Assembly (NCBI RefSeq): GCF_055900595.2
Contig: NZ_CM148325.1
Reading direction: 5' to 3' (one strand)
Length of the DNA stretch: 64,000 nt
Shown here: piece by piece, positions 19,355 to 31,358 of the stretch
How positions within the stretch are numbered: position 1 is the stretch's first letter
How the letters are laid out: every line of letters begins with the position of its first letter
Position numbers and translations under genes: made by a program
Notes under the pieces: generated by a model
The model's input: the letters and a program-made list of their open reading frames with translations, nothing else
What the model was told of the DNA's origin: nothing
Databases searched by the model: none

Positions 19355-20728
19355 TTAAATCACCCGTGAGAACTGCTGCATCCGCGCTTTCTGGCGCAGA
19401 TAGGTATCAAAGCACATGCAAATGTTGCGGATCAGCAGGCGACCTTTCGCCGTTACCTGAATCCCCTTCTCATCCACATCCACCAGCCCATCTTTTGCTA
19501 ACGGGGCGAGCAGCTTGAGATCTTCTGCAAAGTAGTCAGCGAAGAGCAAATCCCACTGTTGCTCAATAGGGGCGTAATCCAGACGGAAGTTGCAGATGAG
19601 CGACTTAATCACATCGCGGCGAATACAGTCATCACGCGTTAGCGCAATACCACGCCACAGCGCATTGCCTTGTTCATCCACTTGCTGATAGTACTGCTTC
19701 AACTCTTTCTGGTTCTGCGCGTAGCAGTCGCCAATCATGCTGATGGCGGAAACGCCCATCCCCAGCAGATCGGTATCGCCCTGAGTGGTGTAGCCCTGGA
19801 AGTTACGATGCAGCACGCCTTCACGCTGGGCCACCGCCAGCTCGTCATCCGGACGGGCAAAGTGATCCATACCGATAAACTGATAGCCCGATTGTGTCAG
19901 GAAGGCGATGGTTTCCTGCAGGATATCGAGTTTTTGCTGCGGACTCGGCAGGTCAGCATCTTTGATTTTACGCTGAGCAGCAAAAATGGTCGGCAAATGC
20001 GCGTAGTTAAAGACACTCAGGCGATCGGGGTTAAGTTCCGCCACGCGTTTCAGGGTAAAGGCGAAACTCTCCGGCGTTTGTTTCGGCAGGCCGTAAATCA
20101 GGTCGATGTTGGTGGAGGTAAAGCCAATCTCACGCGCATGGTTAAGCAGTGCAAAGATGAACTCTTCATCCTGCTCGCGGTTAACCAGACGTTGCACTTC
20201 TTTGTTGAAGTCCTGCACGCCCATGCTCAGGCGATTAAAGCCTTCGGCGCGTAAATGATCGAGTACATCCAGTTCGATTTCCCGCGGATCGACTTCGATC
20301 GAGATCTCCGCATCGGCATTGAACTGGAAGTTTTCGCGCAGCAGCTTCATCAGACGGCTGATTTGCGCTTTATTCAGATACGTCGGCGTTCCTCCGCCCC
20401 AGTGCAATTGGCTGACGTGACGCCCGGCGAACAGCGGTGCACGATGGACGATTTCTTGCTCCAGCGCGTCCAGATACTGATCGGCCTTGTGCTGCTGGCG
20501 AGTAACAATCTTATTGCAACCGCAGAAGTAACAAAGCTTATGGCAGAACGGGATATGTACGTAGAGAGATAATGGACGCTCAGGATAGCGCGCCACGGCT
20601 TGTAAAAACGCCTGTTCGCCGAAGTCTTCTGAAAACTCCAGCGCGGTTGGGTACGAGGTGTATCGTGGCCCGGAATAGTTATATTTCTGGATCAGGGCCA
20701 GATCCCAGTCGATTTGCTGTACAGACAT
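19355..20728 (-). CDS. hemN: Oxygen-independent coproporphyrinogen III oxidase (radical SAM)
   Basis: 457 aa from MSVQQIDW; YVHIPFCHKLCYFCGC radical SAM motif including the fourth Cys. Confidence 0.95.
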   Translation of the reverse strand: MSVQQIDWDLALIQKYNYSGPRYTSYPTALEFSEDFGEQAFLQAVARYPERPLSLYVHIPFCHKLCYFCGCNKIVTRQQHKADQYLDALEQEIVHRAPLFAGRHVSQLHWGGGTPTYLNKAQISRLMKLLRENFQFNADAEISIEVDPREIELDVLDHLRAEGFNRLSMGVQDFNKEVQRLVNREQDEEFIFALLNHAREIGFTSTNIDLIYGLPKQTPESFAFTLKRVAELNPDRLSVFNYAHLPTIFAAQRKIKDADLPSPQQKLDILQETIAFLTQSGYQFIGMDHFARPDDELAVAQREGVLHRNFQGYTTQGDTDLLGMGVSAISMIGDCYAQNQKELKQYYQQVDEQGNALWRGIALTRDDCIRRDVIKSLICNFRLDYAPIEQQWDLLFADYFAEDLKLLAPLAKDGLVDVDEKGIQVTAKGRLLIRNICMCFDTYLRQKARMQQFSRVI

Positions 20729-20916
20729 GCTCACTCCTTCCGATGGCGTCTCTGGCGGCTACGGCGTACCGGCGGATGCCCGTTTCGGGTCATCAACCGG
20801 TTGCGCAGCCACTTTTGTCGCCGCGACAACCGCTGTAGTTTAACGAATAACCACACCAGATAACATATAACCGGAAGGGTTATCAGCAGAACGGGAAGGC
20901 CCACGGCGGCAATCCG

Positions 20917-21426
20917 TTAGTTGCCCCGCAGCAGACGCATCATGTCTTCTTGCTTCTCGTCTTCTTCCTCTTCTTCGTCATCGTCATAAGAGAGGCCGAG
21001 TTTCTGCATCAACTCATCAATACGATCCAGTTTGGCATCCACCCAGGATTGCTCTTCGGCGCTCAGGGTTTCGCCTGCCTCCAGACGTTCCAGCAGCGCA
21101 TCCAGACGCTCATCCGTTTCCAGTAACTCCAACTCCGCCTGCGGTGAAAGCATAGGTTTCTCACTCTTCGGTTTGTGCTGTTTGGTGACTTTTTCAGTCA
21201 CGCCCAATGGAATAGGGGTTTTACTGCCAATACGTGGATCTTTCGGTGCGTTCTGGCCTTTGCTGCCTGACGTGGTGTTACCGCCCGCTGCGCGGCTGCC
21301 CGGCGCATGACCACGACGTTTTTTCTGACGCTTACGGTCACGAGCTTCCTGATCCAGCTCCTCGCGTGTTTTTCGACGCGCTTTTGCATGACCTTTGCTG
21401 CGTGAGTTTGAAGATGATGGTTTCAT
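20917..21426 (-). CDS. yihI: Der GTPase-activating protein YihI
   Basis: 169 aa from [19 protein letters not shown]; basic N-terminus and acidic C-terminus. The ORF track's upstream extension overlaps csrC and is rejected. Confidence 0.9.
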   Translation of the reverse strand: MKPSSSNSRSKGHAKARRKTREELDQEARDRKRQKKRRGHAPGSRAAGGNTTSGSKGQNAPKDPRIGSKTPIPLGVTEKVTKQHKPKSEKPMLSPQAELELLETDERLDALLERLEAGETLSAEEQSWVDAKLDRIDELMQKLGLSYDDDEEEEEDEKQEDMMRLLRGN

Positions 21427-21492
21427 AATGGTTCGTCTTTTAGCCGTTTTATTCAGTATAGATTTGCGGCGGAATCTAACAGAAAGCAAGCA

Positions 21493-21737
21493 AAGAAAAA
21501 AGGCGACAGATTACTCTGTCGCCTTTTTTCCTGACTCATAACCCTTAACGGGTCTTACAATCCTTGCAGGCCGCCAACACACCCTGTTTTTCCATTAGCC
21601 GGAACAATCCGTGTTGATTCCATTTCCGTTTAATTACGTCTCCGGACGTTTGTCTTCCTGACAATCCTCTGTCTTCGCCTCCTGGCGCTCCTGACCCTCA
21701 TCCTGAGTCATTGTTCCTGTTAGCGTCCTCGCTCTAT
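21493..21737 (-). ncRNA. csrC: CsrC small RNA (CsrA-sequestering)
   Basis: - strand begins ATAGAGCGAGGACGCTAACAGG, carries many GGA motifs (AGGATGAGGGTCAGGAGCGCCAGGAGG...) and ends in the ggcgacagagtaatctgtcgcc hairpin plus T-tract. Confidence 0.8.
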
Positions 21738-22007
21738 GGGTGCTACTTTACGCCTTTGCTTTAAACAAACAATCAACCGCCATCAGTATTTGCACATTTT
21801 CAGAGTTTTATATAAAAGCAATTAACTGATTTATATAGCTTATTTGACATGCATCGCAGAATTTTCTCTGCTATTTCGCATAAAGACTATCGGCAATGTC
21901 TCACAAAGCGTATGGCTTTTACTTACAACGCTCACGCCGAAAAATCCGCCTTTTATTATGGTTCAGGTATAATCACCGCAAAGCTTTGACTGACGGAGAC
22001 GACCGCT

Positions 22008-22640
22008 TTGACTAATTTGAATTATCAACAGACGCATTTTGTGATGAGTGCGCCTGATATTCGCCACCTACCTTCCGATACCGGAATTGAAGTGGCTTTT
22101 GCAGGCCGTTCCAACGCAGGTAAATCCAGCGCGCTGAACACGCTGACTAACCAGAAAAGCCTGGCGCGGACCTCAAAAACCCCAGGGCGCACCCAGCTTA
22201 TCAACCTGTTTGAAGTGGCTGACGGCAAGCGTCTGGTTGACCTGCCCGGCTATGGCTACGCGGAAGTCCCGGAAGAGATGAAGCGCAAATGGCAACGCGC
22301 GCTCGGCGAGTACCTCGAAAAACGTCAGAGCCTGCAAGGCCTGGTGGTACTCATGGATATTCGCCATCCGCTGAAAGATTTGGATCAGCAGATGATTGAG
22401 TGGGCGGTAGACAGTAATATCGCCGTACTGGTGCTGCTGACCAAAGCGGACAAACTGGCAAGCGGCGCACGTAAAGCACAATTGAATATGGTGCGTGAAG
22501 CAGTGCTGGCGTTTAACGGTGATGTGCAGGTTGAAACGTTCTCTTCGCTGAAGAAGCAAGGCGTGGACAAGCTGCGGCAGAAACTGGATACCTGGTTTAG
22601 CGAGATGCAGCCTGTAAAAGAAACGCAGGACGGCGAATAA
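22008..22640 (+). CDS. engB: Ribosome biogenesis GTP-binding protein EngB/YihA
   Basis: 210-aa ORF beginning at a TTG codon (MTNLNYQQ); G-motifs GRSNAGKSS and DLPGYG. Confidence 0.9.
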   Translation: MTNLNYQQTHFVMSAPDIRHLPSDTGIEVAFAGRSNAGKSSALNTLTNQKSLARTSKTPGRTQLINLFEVADGKRLVDLPGYGYAEVPEEMKRKWQRALGEYLEKRQSLQGLVVLMDIRHPLKDLDQQMIEWAVDSNIAVLVLLTKADKLASGARKAQLNMVREAVLAFNGDVQVETFSSLKKQGVDKLRQKLDTWFSEMQPVKETQDGE

Positions 22641-22650
22641 TTTTCTTGCC

Positions 22651-22740
22651 TTAATGCTTGTGCCGGATGTGGCGTATCCGGCCCGTAAATTCAATAGATT
22701 ACACTTCTACCGTTGGCCTGATAATCAGTGCGCATCAGGC
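22651..22740. repeat. REP elements
   Basis: gccggatgtggcgtatccggcc and ggcctgataatcagtgcgcatcaggc palindromes. Confidence 0.7.
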
Positions 22741-22765
22741 ATTACGGATCTTTTCTTTCGCCCAA

Positions 22766-22874
22766 TAAAAAACGCCCCAGTCATTACTGACTGGGGCGGC
22801 TAAAATATTCAGCCAAATCCGATTACGTGAAGTAAAAGGTCTGAAAGATAGAACATCTTACCTCTGTACCCTAC
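22766..22874 (-). ncRNA. spf: Spot 42 small RNA
   Basis: - strand reads GTAGGGTACAGAGGTAAGATGTTCTATCTTTCAGACC...GCCCCAGTCAGTAATGACTGGGGCGTTTTTTA, which I recognise as Spot 42 including its terminator. Confidence 0.9.
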
Positions 22875-23021
22875 GCGACTAACTTTACTCTTTTTTGTTC
22901 AGTTCAGAAAGCATTTTTTGTAATTTTTTTTCAGTTGTTGCATAGGAATTTCTAATAGCCATCACAAAACGTGACAGCTTATGTTGCTTACTTACGAAAA
23001 AAGGGCATGTTCAGGCGAATC

Positions 23022-25808
23022 TTAGTGCGCCTGATCCCAGTTTTCGCCACTCCCCACTTCCACCAGCAACGGCACATCCAGACGGGTACAGTTTTCCATC
23101 AGTTGATGAATCTGCTTCGCGACGGCATCGACATCATCTTTATGAACTTCAAATACCAGTTCATCGTGTACCTGCATAATCATACGCACACGCGGTTGCT
23201 CAGCTTGTAACCACGCATCAACGGCAATCATCGCTCGTTTGATAATGTCGGCGGCGGTTCCCTGCATTGGCGCGTTAATGGCTGCACGTTCAGCCGCTGC
23301 ACGACGAGCACCATTGCTGGATTTGATATCCGGCAGATACAGACGGCGTCCGTCCAGCGTTTCAACGTAGCCCTGTTCTTTCGCCTGCGCACGGGTGCGC
23401 TCCATATACTCCAGCACGCCTGGGTAGCGTTCGAAGTAAAGGTCCATGTACTTCTGCGCTTCTTTACGTGGAATGTTCAATTGTCGCGCCAGACCGAAAG
23501 CACTCATGCCATAAATCAGACCAAAGTTGATCGCTTTCGCGCTACGACGTTGCTCGCTGGTGACGGTTTCCAGTGGCAAACCAAACACTTCTGCCGCCGT
23601 AGCCCGGTGGATATCTTTTCCTTCCGCGAATGCGGTCAGCAAGCCTTTGTCACGCGAGAGATGCGCCATAATGCGCAGTTCAATCTGCGAGTAGTCCGCC
23701 GAGACAATCACATAATCCTCTGGCGCAATAAACGCCTGGCGGATACGACGACCTTCTTCGTTACGCACCGGAATGTTTTGCAGGTTAGGATCGGTTGACG
23801 ATAAACGTCCCGTTGCGGTTACTGCCTGGTGATAAGAGGTATGTACACGCCCGGTTTTCGGGTTGATCATCAGCGGCAGCTTGTCGGTGTAGGTCGATTT
23901 CAGCTTCGCCAGACCACGATACTCCAGAATCACTTTTGGCAACGGATAGTCCAGCGCCAGTTCTTCCAGTACCTCTTCCGACGTTGACGGCGCACCACCC
24001 GGCGTTTTCTTCAGCGGTTTAATGCCCTGTTTTTCAAACAGAATGGTTTGTAACTGCTTGGTGGAAGAAAGGTTAAATTCTTCACCTGCAATTTCATGCG
24101 CTTTCTTTTCCAGCTCAGCCAGACGTAGAGTGAGCTCTTCAGAATGATTATGAAGCACTTTCGGATCGATCTTCACACCGTTACGTTCAATGCGTGAAAG
24201 CACCGGCACCAGCGGCATTTCGATGTTCTCGAAGACGTTCAACGGCCCTTTGTGTTTTTGCAGATCCGGCCACATTTTCAGATGCAGCTGCAAGGTGACA
24301 TCGGCATCTTCGGCTGCGTAACGTCCGGCCTCTTCGAGGGCAATCTGGTTAAAGGTCAGTTGATTTTTGCCTTTACCGGCAATCTCTTCAAAAGTGATGG
24401 TTTTGTGCTTCAACCAACGTTCCGCGAGGCTGTCCATATCGTGACGCCCGGCAACGCTATTGAGAATGTAGGATTCAAGCATGGTATCAAACGCAATCCC
24501 ACGCAGCTCAATGCCGTAATTCGCCAGAATACCGCGATCGTATTTTAGGTTTTGCCCAACCTTCAGCGCCTTTTCATCTTCCAGCAGCGGTTTTAGCAAC
24601 TCGAGTGCACGCCCGCGAGAGATTTGATCGGGCGCATCAAGATAATCATGAGCAACCGGAATATATGCCGCTACGCCTGGCTCGATAGCAAAAGAAAGCC
24701 CGACCAGGTTGGCAGAGATGTTATCGAGGCTGTCGGTTTCGGTATCAAATGCAAATACCGGCGCTTTTTCCAGCTTCGCAATCCACGCTTTCAGTATTTC
24801 TTCATCAAGGATGGTGACGTAGTTGTCATAAGAAATCACCGTTGCCGTCACTTCTGGCGCTTCGTCTGCAACACTGGTTTCCTGCGGCCTGGCTGCGGGT
24901 TTCGCCCCTTTAGCCTGTAACCATTTGCCCGCTTCGACATCAGCAGTCCAGCGTTTGAACTCATACTTTTTGAACAGCCCCAACAACTCTTCCGCCGCCG
25001 GTTGCTGCACTTCCAGTTGTTCACAGGTCAGCTCCAGTTCAACGTCGGTTTTAATCGTCGCCAGCTGGTATGAGAGATAAGCAACTTCTTTGTTTTGCTC
25101 GAGCTTCGCTGCCATTGTTTTCGCGCCACGGAAGCTCAACCCAGCAATTTTTTCTGGCTCGGCATACAGCGTATCCAGCCCGCCAAGACCTTGCAGCAAT
25201 GCCTGCGCGGTTTTTTCACCGACGCCCGGTACGCCAGGGATGTTATCAGAGGAGTCACCCATCAGCGCCAGGAAGTCGATGATCAGTTCTGGCGGCACGC
25301 CGTACTTATTCACCACCTCTTCCGGGCCGAGGATGGTATTCGTCATGGTATTGATAAGCGTAATATTTGGCGTCACCAGCTGCGCCATATCTTTATCGCC
25401 AGTGCTGATCAGCACCGGACGCCCGGCTTTTTCGGCTTCGCGCGCCAGAGTACCGATAACGTCGTCCGCTTCTACGCCAGAAACCGCCAGCAGCGGCAGT
25501 CCCATCGCTTTGACCATCGCGTGCAGAGGTCCGATTTGTGCTCGCAGATCGTCCGGCATTGGCGGGCGATGTGATTTGTAATGTTCAAACAGTTCATCAC
25601 GAAAGGTTTTTCCCTTGGCGTCAAAGACCACCGCTGCATGCGTCGGTTTATATTGCATGATTAGACTGCGCAGCATGTTGAGGACACCATACATCGCACC
25701 GGTCGGCTCGCCTGCGCTGTTAGTCAGCGGGGGAAACGCGTGATATGCGCGATAAAGATAAGATGAACCATCTACAAGGATAAGTGGATTTTGGGGGATC
25801 TGAACCAT
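23022..25808 (-). CDS. polA: DNA polymerase I
   Basis: 928-aa ORF with 5'-3' exonuclease, 3'-5' exonuclease and polymerase domains. Confidence 0.95.
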   Translation of the reverse strand: MVQIPQNPLILVDGSSYLYRAYHAFPPLTNSAGEPTGAMYGVLNMLRSLIMQYKPTHAAVVFDAKGKTFRDELFEHYKSHRPPMPDDLRAQIGPLHAMVKAMGLPLLAVSGVEADDVIGTLAREAEKAGRPVLISTGDKDMAQLVTPNITLINTMTNTILGPEEVVNKYGVPPELIIDFLALMGDSSDNIPGVPGVGEKTAQALLQGLGGLDTLYAEPEKIAGLSFRGAKTMAAKLEQNKEVAYLSYQLATIKTDVELELTCEQLEVQQPAAEELLGLFKKYEFKRWTADVEAGKWLQAKGAKPAARPQETSVADEAPEVTATVISYDNYVTILDEEILKAWIAKLEKAPVFAFDTETDSLDNISANLVGLSFAIEPGVAAYIPVAHDYLDAPDQISRGRALELLKPLLEDEKALKVGQNLKYDRGILANYGIELRGIAFDTMLESYILNSVAGRHDMDSLAERWLKHKTITFEEIAGKGKNQLTFNQIALEEAGRYAAEDADVTLQLHLKMWPDLQKHKGPLNVFENIEMPLVPVLSRIERNGVKIDPKVLHNHSEELTLRLAELEKKAHEIAGEEFNLSSTKQLQTILFEKQGIKPLKKTPGGAPSTSEEVLEELALDYPLPKVILEYRGLAKLKSTYTDKLPLMINPKTGRVHTSYHQAVTATGRLSSTDPNLQNIPVRNEEGRRIRQAFIAPEDYVIVSADYSQIELRIMAHLSRDKGLLTAFAEGKDIHRATAAEVFGLPLETVTSEQRRSAKAINFGLIYGMSAFGLARQLNIPRKEAQKYMDLYFERYPGVLEYMERTRAQAKEQGYVETLDGRRLYLPDIKSSNGARRAAAERAAINAPMQGTAADIIKRAMIAVDAWLQAEQPRVRMIMQVHDELVFEVHKDDVDAVAKQIHQLMENCTRLDVPLLVEVGSGENWDQAH

Positions 25809-25931
25809 AATGTCCGTGCCTGTTTATCAGATTATGGGTAAAGGATGCCACAGACAGGATGAAAACATGAGTTTTTCACCGCTTTTCGTGAAAATCTTTT
25901 GTAGATCTTCTGGATCGCTCGCAAATCGTCA

Positions 25932-25940
25932 TGTGGATAA
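25932..25940 (-). promoter_or_regulatory. DnaA box upstream of polA
   Basis: + strand tgtggataa is TTATCCACA on the polA strand, about 125 bp upstream of the polA start. Confidence 0.4.
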
Positions 25941-26171
25941 CTTTGTGCATAAATTATTTACATCACTTTTAATTTATTATCATGCTTTTTACAGCATGAT
26001 GTTTGTCTTTGCTTTTCATACAGTTAAATATAAAGCCATCCCTAATAATTGTGATAATGGGATTTTTTCTAATGTGGATAGATATGAATTATTTTTCTCC
26101 TTAAGGATCATCCGTTATTTGGGGCGTTTTCTGCTAAAATCGGCGCCTTGCGCTTCTTTAGCGCACTGTCT

Positions 26172-27104
26172 ATGGCTAACCTTTTGAATAAATTCATTAT
26201 GACGAGAATACTCGCTGCGATAACCCTTTTGCTGAGTATCGTATTGACCATTTTGGTCACTATTTTTTGCTCCGTCCCGATCATCATTGCCGGGATTGTA
26301 AAACTATTGCTACCTGTGCCAGTCATTTGGCGAAAGGTTTCGCGTTTTTGTGATTTTATGATGTATTGCTGGTGTGAAAGTCTGGCGGTATTACTGCATC
26401 TGAACCCACACCTGCAATGGGAAGTTCACGGGCTGGAAGGGTTAAGTAAGAAGAACTGGTATCTGCTTATTTGTAACCACCGTAGTTGGGCAGATATTGT
26501 CGTACTGTGCGTGCTGTTTCGTAAGCACATTCCGATGAATAAATATTTCCTCAAGCAGCAGCTTGCCTGGGTGCCATTTCTTGGCCTGGCATGCTGGGCG
26601 CTGGATATGCCGTTTATGAAGCGTTATTCCCGCGCTTATTTATTACGTCATCCGGAACGACGTGGTAAAGATGTTGAAACCACCCGGCGTTCTTGTGAAA
26701 AGTTTCGCCTGCACCCCACCACCATTGTCAATTTCGTTGAAGGCTCCCGTTTCACGCAAGAAAAACATCAGCAAACCCACTCCACTTTTCAAAACTTGTT
26801 GCCACCAAAGGCGGCAGGCATTGCGATGGCGCTAAATGTACTGGGTAAACAATTCGATAAACTGCTTAATGTTACGCTGTGTTATCCGGACAATAACCGT
26901 CAGCCGTTCTTCGATATGTTAAGCGGTAAACTGACGCGAATTGTCGTACATGTGGATTTGCAGCCTATTGCCGATGAGTTACATGGCGACTACATCAATG
27001 ACAAAAGCTTTAAGCGCCATTTTCAGCAATGGCTGAACTCACTGTGGCAGGAAAAAGACCGGCTTCTGACGTCGTTGATGTCATCACAGCGGCAGGACAA
27101 GTAA
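26172..27104 (+). CDS. yihG: Membrane acyltransferase (PlsC-like)
   Basis: 310 aa from MANLLNKF; HRSWAD acyltransferase motif. Confidence 0.85.
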   Translation: MANLLNKFIMTRILAAITLLLSIVLTILVTIFCSVPIIIAGIVKLLLPVPVIWRKVSRFCDFMMYCWCESLAVLLHLNPHLQWEVHGLEGLSKKNWYLLICNHRSWADIVVLCVLFRKHIPMNKYFLKQQLAWVPFLGLACWALDMPFMKRYSRAYLLRHPERRGKDVETTRRSCEKFRLHPTTIVNFVEGSRFTQEKHQQTHSTFQNLLPPKAAGIAMALNVLGKQFDKLLNVTLCYPDNNRQPFFDMLSGKLTRIVVHVDLQPIADELHGDYINDKSFKRHFQQWLNSLWQEKDRLLTSLMSSQRQDK

Positions 27105-27144
27105 ATTTTGCTCGCCTCTGAATGAGCAGAGGCGAGTGAGTATT

Positions 27145-28575
27145 TTAATGAACAAAACGTCCGGCACGAGACATAAATTCTTCTTCGCTCATCTCCTGTC
27201 CGTTAAAAACAACTTTACCCGGTGTATAACGCAGTTGCAGCGAGGCGGTATTGTTGTCAATCGTGATTAACTGAAACATCTGACCTAATGTCATCATCCC
27301 GCTGATTTGTTTATCAGCCTGCTTTTGCGCTTTTTCCGCATCCATGCCTTCAGATAAATTAAGCTGTTTTGCGGTTTCTGTGACAACATTAAGCGGTAAC
27401 TTCACGTCAAAATTGAGCGATTTAATATCTTTGTTTGTGGATGATGAAGATTTGGCTGGGTCGGCAATACTGATATCCAGATTGGCATTTAGTTCGCCGA
27501 GTGCGTTCTTCCATCTTACCGGTTGTTTAATGGTCGGCTCACTTTTTTGTAATAACGGTAAATACTCTTTGAACAATGCAGCATTCACTTCTTGCAGAGC
27601 AACTTCATCGTTTGCTAACTCAGGGTGTGCAGCAAGCTGCTTCTGCATCGCAATGTTATACTGAATGATAAATTGGCGCACCGCTGAGGGATCAATAGAT
27701 TCCGCAATCAAGGACCACTCACCACTACCGAGTTGCTGATTCCCTTTTGTTAACTTATCAAGTTCGTAGGTCAGATTGACATTGATATAATCTTTGTCTT
27801 TAACGCGATCCAGCCTGGTTTTTGCAACGAAAGCATCGATTTGGGCAACGTCTTCTCCCTGATTGATAATGTTAATCTGATTGAATTTCGACTCGCTTTC
27901 GCCAACCGGAAATTTCTTTTCTTCTAATCGCGTCAGAGAATCAATGGTAAAACTTTTCGCCGTTACTTTGTTCAATGGCGATAATTCCAGAACAATATCT
28001 TCGACTTTGCCTTCAATATCCAGGTTAGACAATGAGCTACCATCACCATTAAAAGTAAACTGGCCTTCACCAAAAGAAAACTTTCCATATTTTGCAGGGG
28101 CAACATCTAATGTCGTGGAGAATGAGCCACCAAACGCGAATCGCAATGTCGCTTCCACAGGAGATTTATTTTTTGCGGCGATAAATAGCGGTTGTGTCAG
28201 TTCATTATCCACTAATTTCACTTTTGCCGCTGCCAGTGCGGGGATGACATTACCACGCATTAACATTGTGATGGGTAACGGACCGTGCTCAACATCCACA
28301 TCAAACGCAACTTTCTGGCCAGGTTTGATATTGAGATCAGGTGCACCGTTATCAAATGTCATTTGCATTTGAAAACGAGAATTAAAAAAGCCTTTGTCAA
28401 AATTTTTATAACTTAACGTCATATCGTAGACATGTTCACCTTTCTTTTTAGCATCGTTAAAATCTTTAATAAACTTTTCGACACCAGGCTGAATTTGCGT
28501 ACCTGTGTACCATGTGCCACCACCCCAGATTACGGCTAACGCAACAATAACACCTGTAGCTGACTTACGTATCAT
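27145..28575 (-). CDS. yihF: DUF945-family periplasmic protein
   Basis: 476 aa from MIRKSATGVIVALAV with N-terminal signal anchor. Confidence 0.85.
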   Translation of the reverse strand: MIRKSATGVIVALAVIWGGGTWYTGTQIQPGVEKFIKDFNDAKKKGEHVYDMTLSYKNFDKGFFNSRFQMQMTFDNGAPDLNIKPGQKVAFDVDVEHGPLPITMLMRGNVIPALAAAKVKLVDNELTQPLFIAAKNKSPVEATLRFAFGGSFSTTLDVAPAKYGKFSFGEGQFTFNGDGSSLSNLDIEGKVEDIVLELSPLNKVTAKSFTIDSLTRLEEKKFPVGESESKFNQINIINQGEDVAQIDAFVAKTRLDRVKDKDYINVNLTYELDKLTKGNQQLGSGEWSLIAESIDPSAVRQFIIQYNIAMQKQLAAHPELANDEVALQEVNAALFKEYLPLLQKSEPTIKQPVRWKNALGELNANLDISIADPAKSSSSTNKDIKSLNFDVKLPLNVVTETAKQLNLSEGMDAEKAQKQADKQISGMMTLGQMFQLITIDNNTASLQLRYTPGKVVFNGQEMSEEEFMSRAGRFVH

Positions 28576-28682
28576 ATAAATATTCCCTGATAAAACAGCA
28601 AAACTTTGAATATCCACTTATGCTGAAATAATGTCCAGCGGCAGGACGCATTATCAGAATGTATTTATATTTATTAAATAAT

Positions 28683-28712
28683 AAAAAAGCCCGTGAATAT
28701 TCACGGGCTTTA
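28683..28712 (-). terminator. dsbA rho-independent terminator
   Basis: gcccgtgaatattcacgggc hairpin followed by a T-tract on the - strand. Confidence 0.8.
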
Positions 28713-28728
28713 TGTAATTTACATTGAA

Positions 28729-29355
28729 TTATTTTTTCTCGGACAGATATTTCACAGTATCAGCATACTGCTGAACAAAAACATCCATATTGCTGGTATC
28801 CATACCCTGCGGATTCAGCTGATATTTACCGTTAACAAACATCGCCGGAACGCCACGCAATTGCACGTCAGCTGCAGCTTTTTCCTGCTGAGCGACCAGG
28901 GATTTCACCACGAAGCTGTTCCACGCCGCGTCGTACTCTTCACCTTTAATACCTGCGTTGATAAATACATCGCGGATATCAGATGCTGAACGAATGGTCT
29001 GGGTTTTCTGTACGCCTTCAAACAGCGGAACAGTGACTTTGTCTTCCACGCCCAGTGCCATCGCCACTGCCCATGCCTGAGTCAGATCTTTGCCCAGGTC
29101 ACCCCCCATGAAGTTGACGTGGTATTTAGTCATCTTCACGCCTTCCGGCAGTTTTTTCTTCACGTTATCAGAAATATGCAGAACTTCTTCAAACTGATAG
29201 CAGTGCGGGCAGAAGAAAGAGAAAAACTCCAGCACTTGCGGCGCGCCAGCTACCGGTTTTTCCAGGGTAGTGTACTGTTTACCATCTTCATACTGCGCCG
29301 CCGATGCGCTAAACGCTAAAACTAAACCAGCCAGCGCCAGCCAAATCTTTTTCAT
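28729..29355 (-). CDS. dsbA: Periplasmic thiol:disulfide oxidoreductase
   Basis: 208-aa ORF with signal peptide and CPHC active site. Confidence 0.95.
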
Positions 29356-29371
29356 GATCTACTCTCTCCGA

Positions 29372-30358
29372 TTAATACATAGGTGTTAATTGCAAAGGGG
29401 GTTCTTGTAGAACTTTTGCCTGTTCTATAAAAGTCGCCGTCTGTCGCAGCCAGTAATCTTCCCCGGTTAACCACGGGAAATTTTTCGGGAACGCGGGATC
29501 AGCCCAACGCCGCATTAGCCAGGCAAGATAATAAACCAAACGCATGGCGCGTAAAGGTTCAATCAGTCCGATTTCAGCGGTGTCGAACTCGCTAAATTCT
29601 TCATAAGCTTCAATAATAGTTTCCAGTTGCATCCGCTGCTCGGCTTTATCGCCATTGAGCAACATCCACAAATCCTGAATAGCCGGACCATTACGTGCAT
29701 CATCCAGATCAACAAACATTGGACCATCGCGCCAGAGGATATTCCCGGCGTGGCAGTCTCCATGTAGCCGCAGAACGGTGAAATCTTCCCGCCAGTGTGC
29801 TGTAACGGCGGCGATCAGCTCATCTGTCGCTTTCAGGAATGCCGCTTTCAACCCGGAAGGTATCAGTGTGGCGTCCTCAAACAGCTTGCGTGGCTCAATG
29901 AGATATTCATTCAGACCGATGGTCGGGCGATGGATAAAAAGCTGTTTGCGCCCCGTCTGGTGCATACGCCCTAAATAACGCCCAACAGCTTCCATCTGAT
30001 CGATATTATCAGCTTCGAACTGGCGACCACCGACGCTTGGAAAAACAGCGAAATAAAATCCCTGATGATTCAATAAAGTCTGACCGTTAAAGGCCACAGG
30101 CGCTGCGACCGGAACTTCATCGTTAACCAGCTGCAACGCAAATTGATGTTCTTCGAGGATTTGATCGGCTGTCCAACGTTCAGGGCGATAAAATTTGACG
30201 ACAAAACGTCGACGATCTTCGTCCTGAAATTGATAGACACGGTTTTCATAGCTGTTAAGCGGGGTAAGACCGGAATCCACCCGGATCCCATGCTCAAACA
30301 GAGCGTCCATGATGGTATCCGGGTGTAGTGTCTGGAAAGTAAAAGCGCTGTTGTTCAT
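29372..30358 (-). CDS. srkA: Stress-response Ser/Thr protein kinase
   Basis: 328-aa ORF matching YihE/SrkA; directly upstream of dsbA on the same strand. Confidence 0.9.
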   Translation of the reverse strand: MNNSAFTFQTLHPDTIMDALFEHGIRVDSGLTPLNSYENRVYQFQDEDRRRFVVKFYRPERWTADQILEEHQFALQLVNDEVPVAAPVAFNGQTLLNHQGFYFAVFPSVGGRQFEADNIDQMEAVGRYLGRMHQTGRKQLFIHRPTIGLNEYLIEPRKLFEDATLIPSGLKAAFLKATDELIAAVTAHWREDFTVLRLHGDCHAGNILWRDGPMFVDLDDARNGPAIQDLWMLLNGDKAEQRMQLETIIEAYEEFSEFDTAEIGLIEPLRAMRLVYYLAWLMRRWADPAFPKNFPWLTGEDYWLRQTATFIEQAKVLQEPPLQLTPMY

Positions 30359-30434
30359 CCCATCATCCGGAAAACATTACGAATGATGAAGGATATCATT
30401 TCACGATGATTTTGGTGGCACCGCTTACAAGCTT

Positions 30435-30704
30435 TTACTCTTTAATTACGCCGCGAGCGCGTAACAGCGCCGTTTTGAAATCTTCTTCATAATCTTTCTG
30501 CAAACCCGGGATCACCGCATCTTTCGCGGAATCACGCATTTTCAGGTGATAGATCAGAATGTCATCCGTCAAATCCGCCAGTTCGCCGTCAAAACCTGAC
30601 TCTTTCGCCAGTTTCTGCAAAAATTGCAGCAGGTTAAGGTCTGGCTCTTTTTGCCAGGCTGGCTGGAGGAGTTCAATAACTTCATTCAGACGTTTACATT
30701 TCAT
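30435..30704 (-). CDS. yihD: DUF1040 protein YihD
   Basis: 89 aa from [14 protein letters not shown]. Confidence 0.85.
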
Positions 30705-30773
30705 AGTAATGCTCCTTACTCTTGAGACAGACACGTTAGCAGGGTCAATCCCACAATAAAAGAGGCGATATCG

Positions 30774-31358
30774 GTGAATCTGATGACGACGATAACAGGC
30801 GTTGTGCTGGCGGGCGGTAAAGCCAGACGAATGGGCGGCGTAGATAAAGGATTGCTTGAATTAAACGGCAAACCATTATGGCAACATGTCGCTGACGCGC
30901 TTATGACGCAGCTCTCTCACGTCGTGGTTAATGCTAATCGTCATCAGGAAATCTATCAGGCAAGCGGTCTGAAAGTGATTGAAGATACACTGGCGGATTA
31001 CCCAGGCCCTCTGGCAGGAATGCTTTCAGTAATGCAGCAGGAAGCGGGGGAGTGGTTTTTGTTTTGCCCATGCGATACGCCTTACATTCCCCCTGATTTA
31101 GCTGCCCGGCTTAATCATCAGCGCAAAGATGCGCCTGTCGTGTGGGTCCACGACGGTGAACGCGATCACCCGACTATTGCTCTGGTAAACCGCGCAATTG
31201 AGCCTTTATTACTGGAATATCTGCAAGCAGGAGAACGCCGGGTAATGGCATTTATGCGTCTGGCTGGCGGTCACGCGGTCGATTTCAGCGATCATAAAGA
31301 TGCATTTGTAAACGTGAATACGCCAGAGGAGCTTGCCCGATGGCAGGAAAAACGATGA
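30774..31358 (+). CDS. mobA: Molybdenum cofactor guanylyltransferase
   Basis: 194-aa ORF with GTG start; [11 protein letters not shown] motif. Confidence 0.9.
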
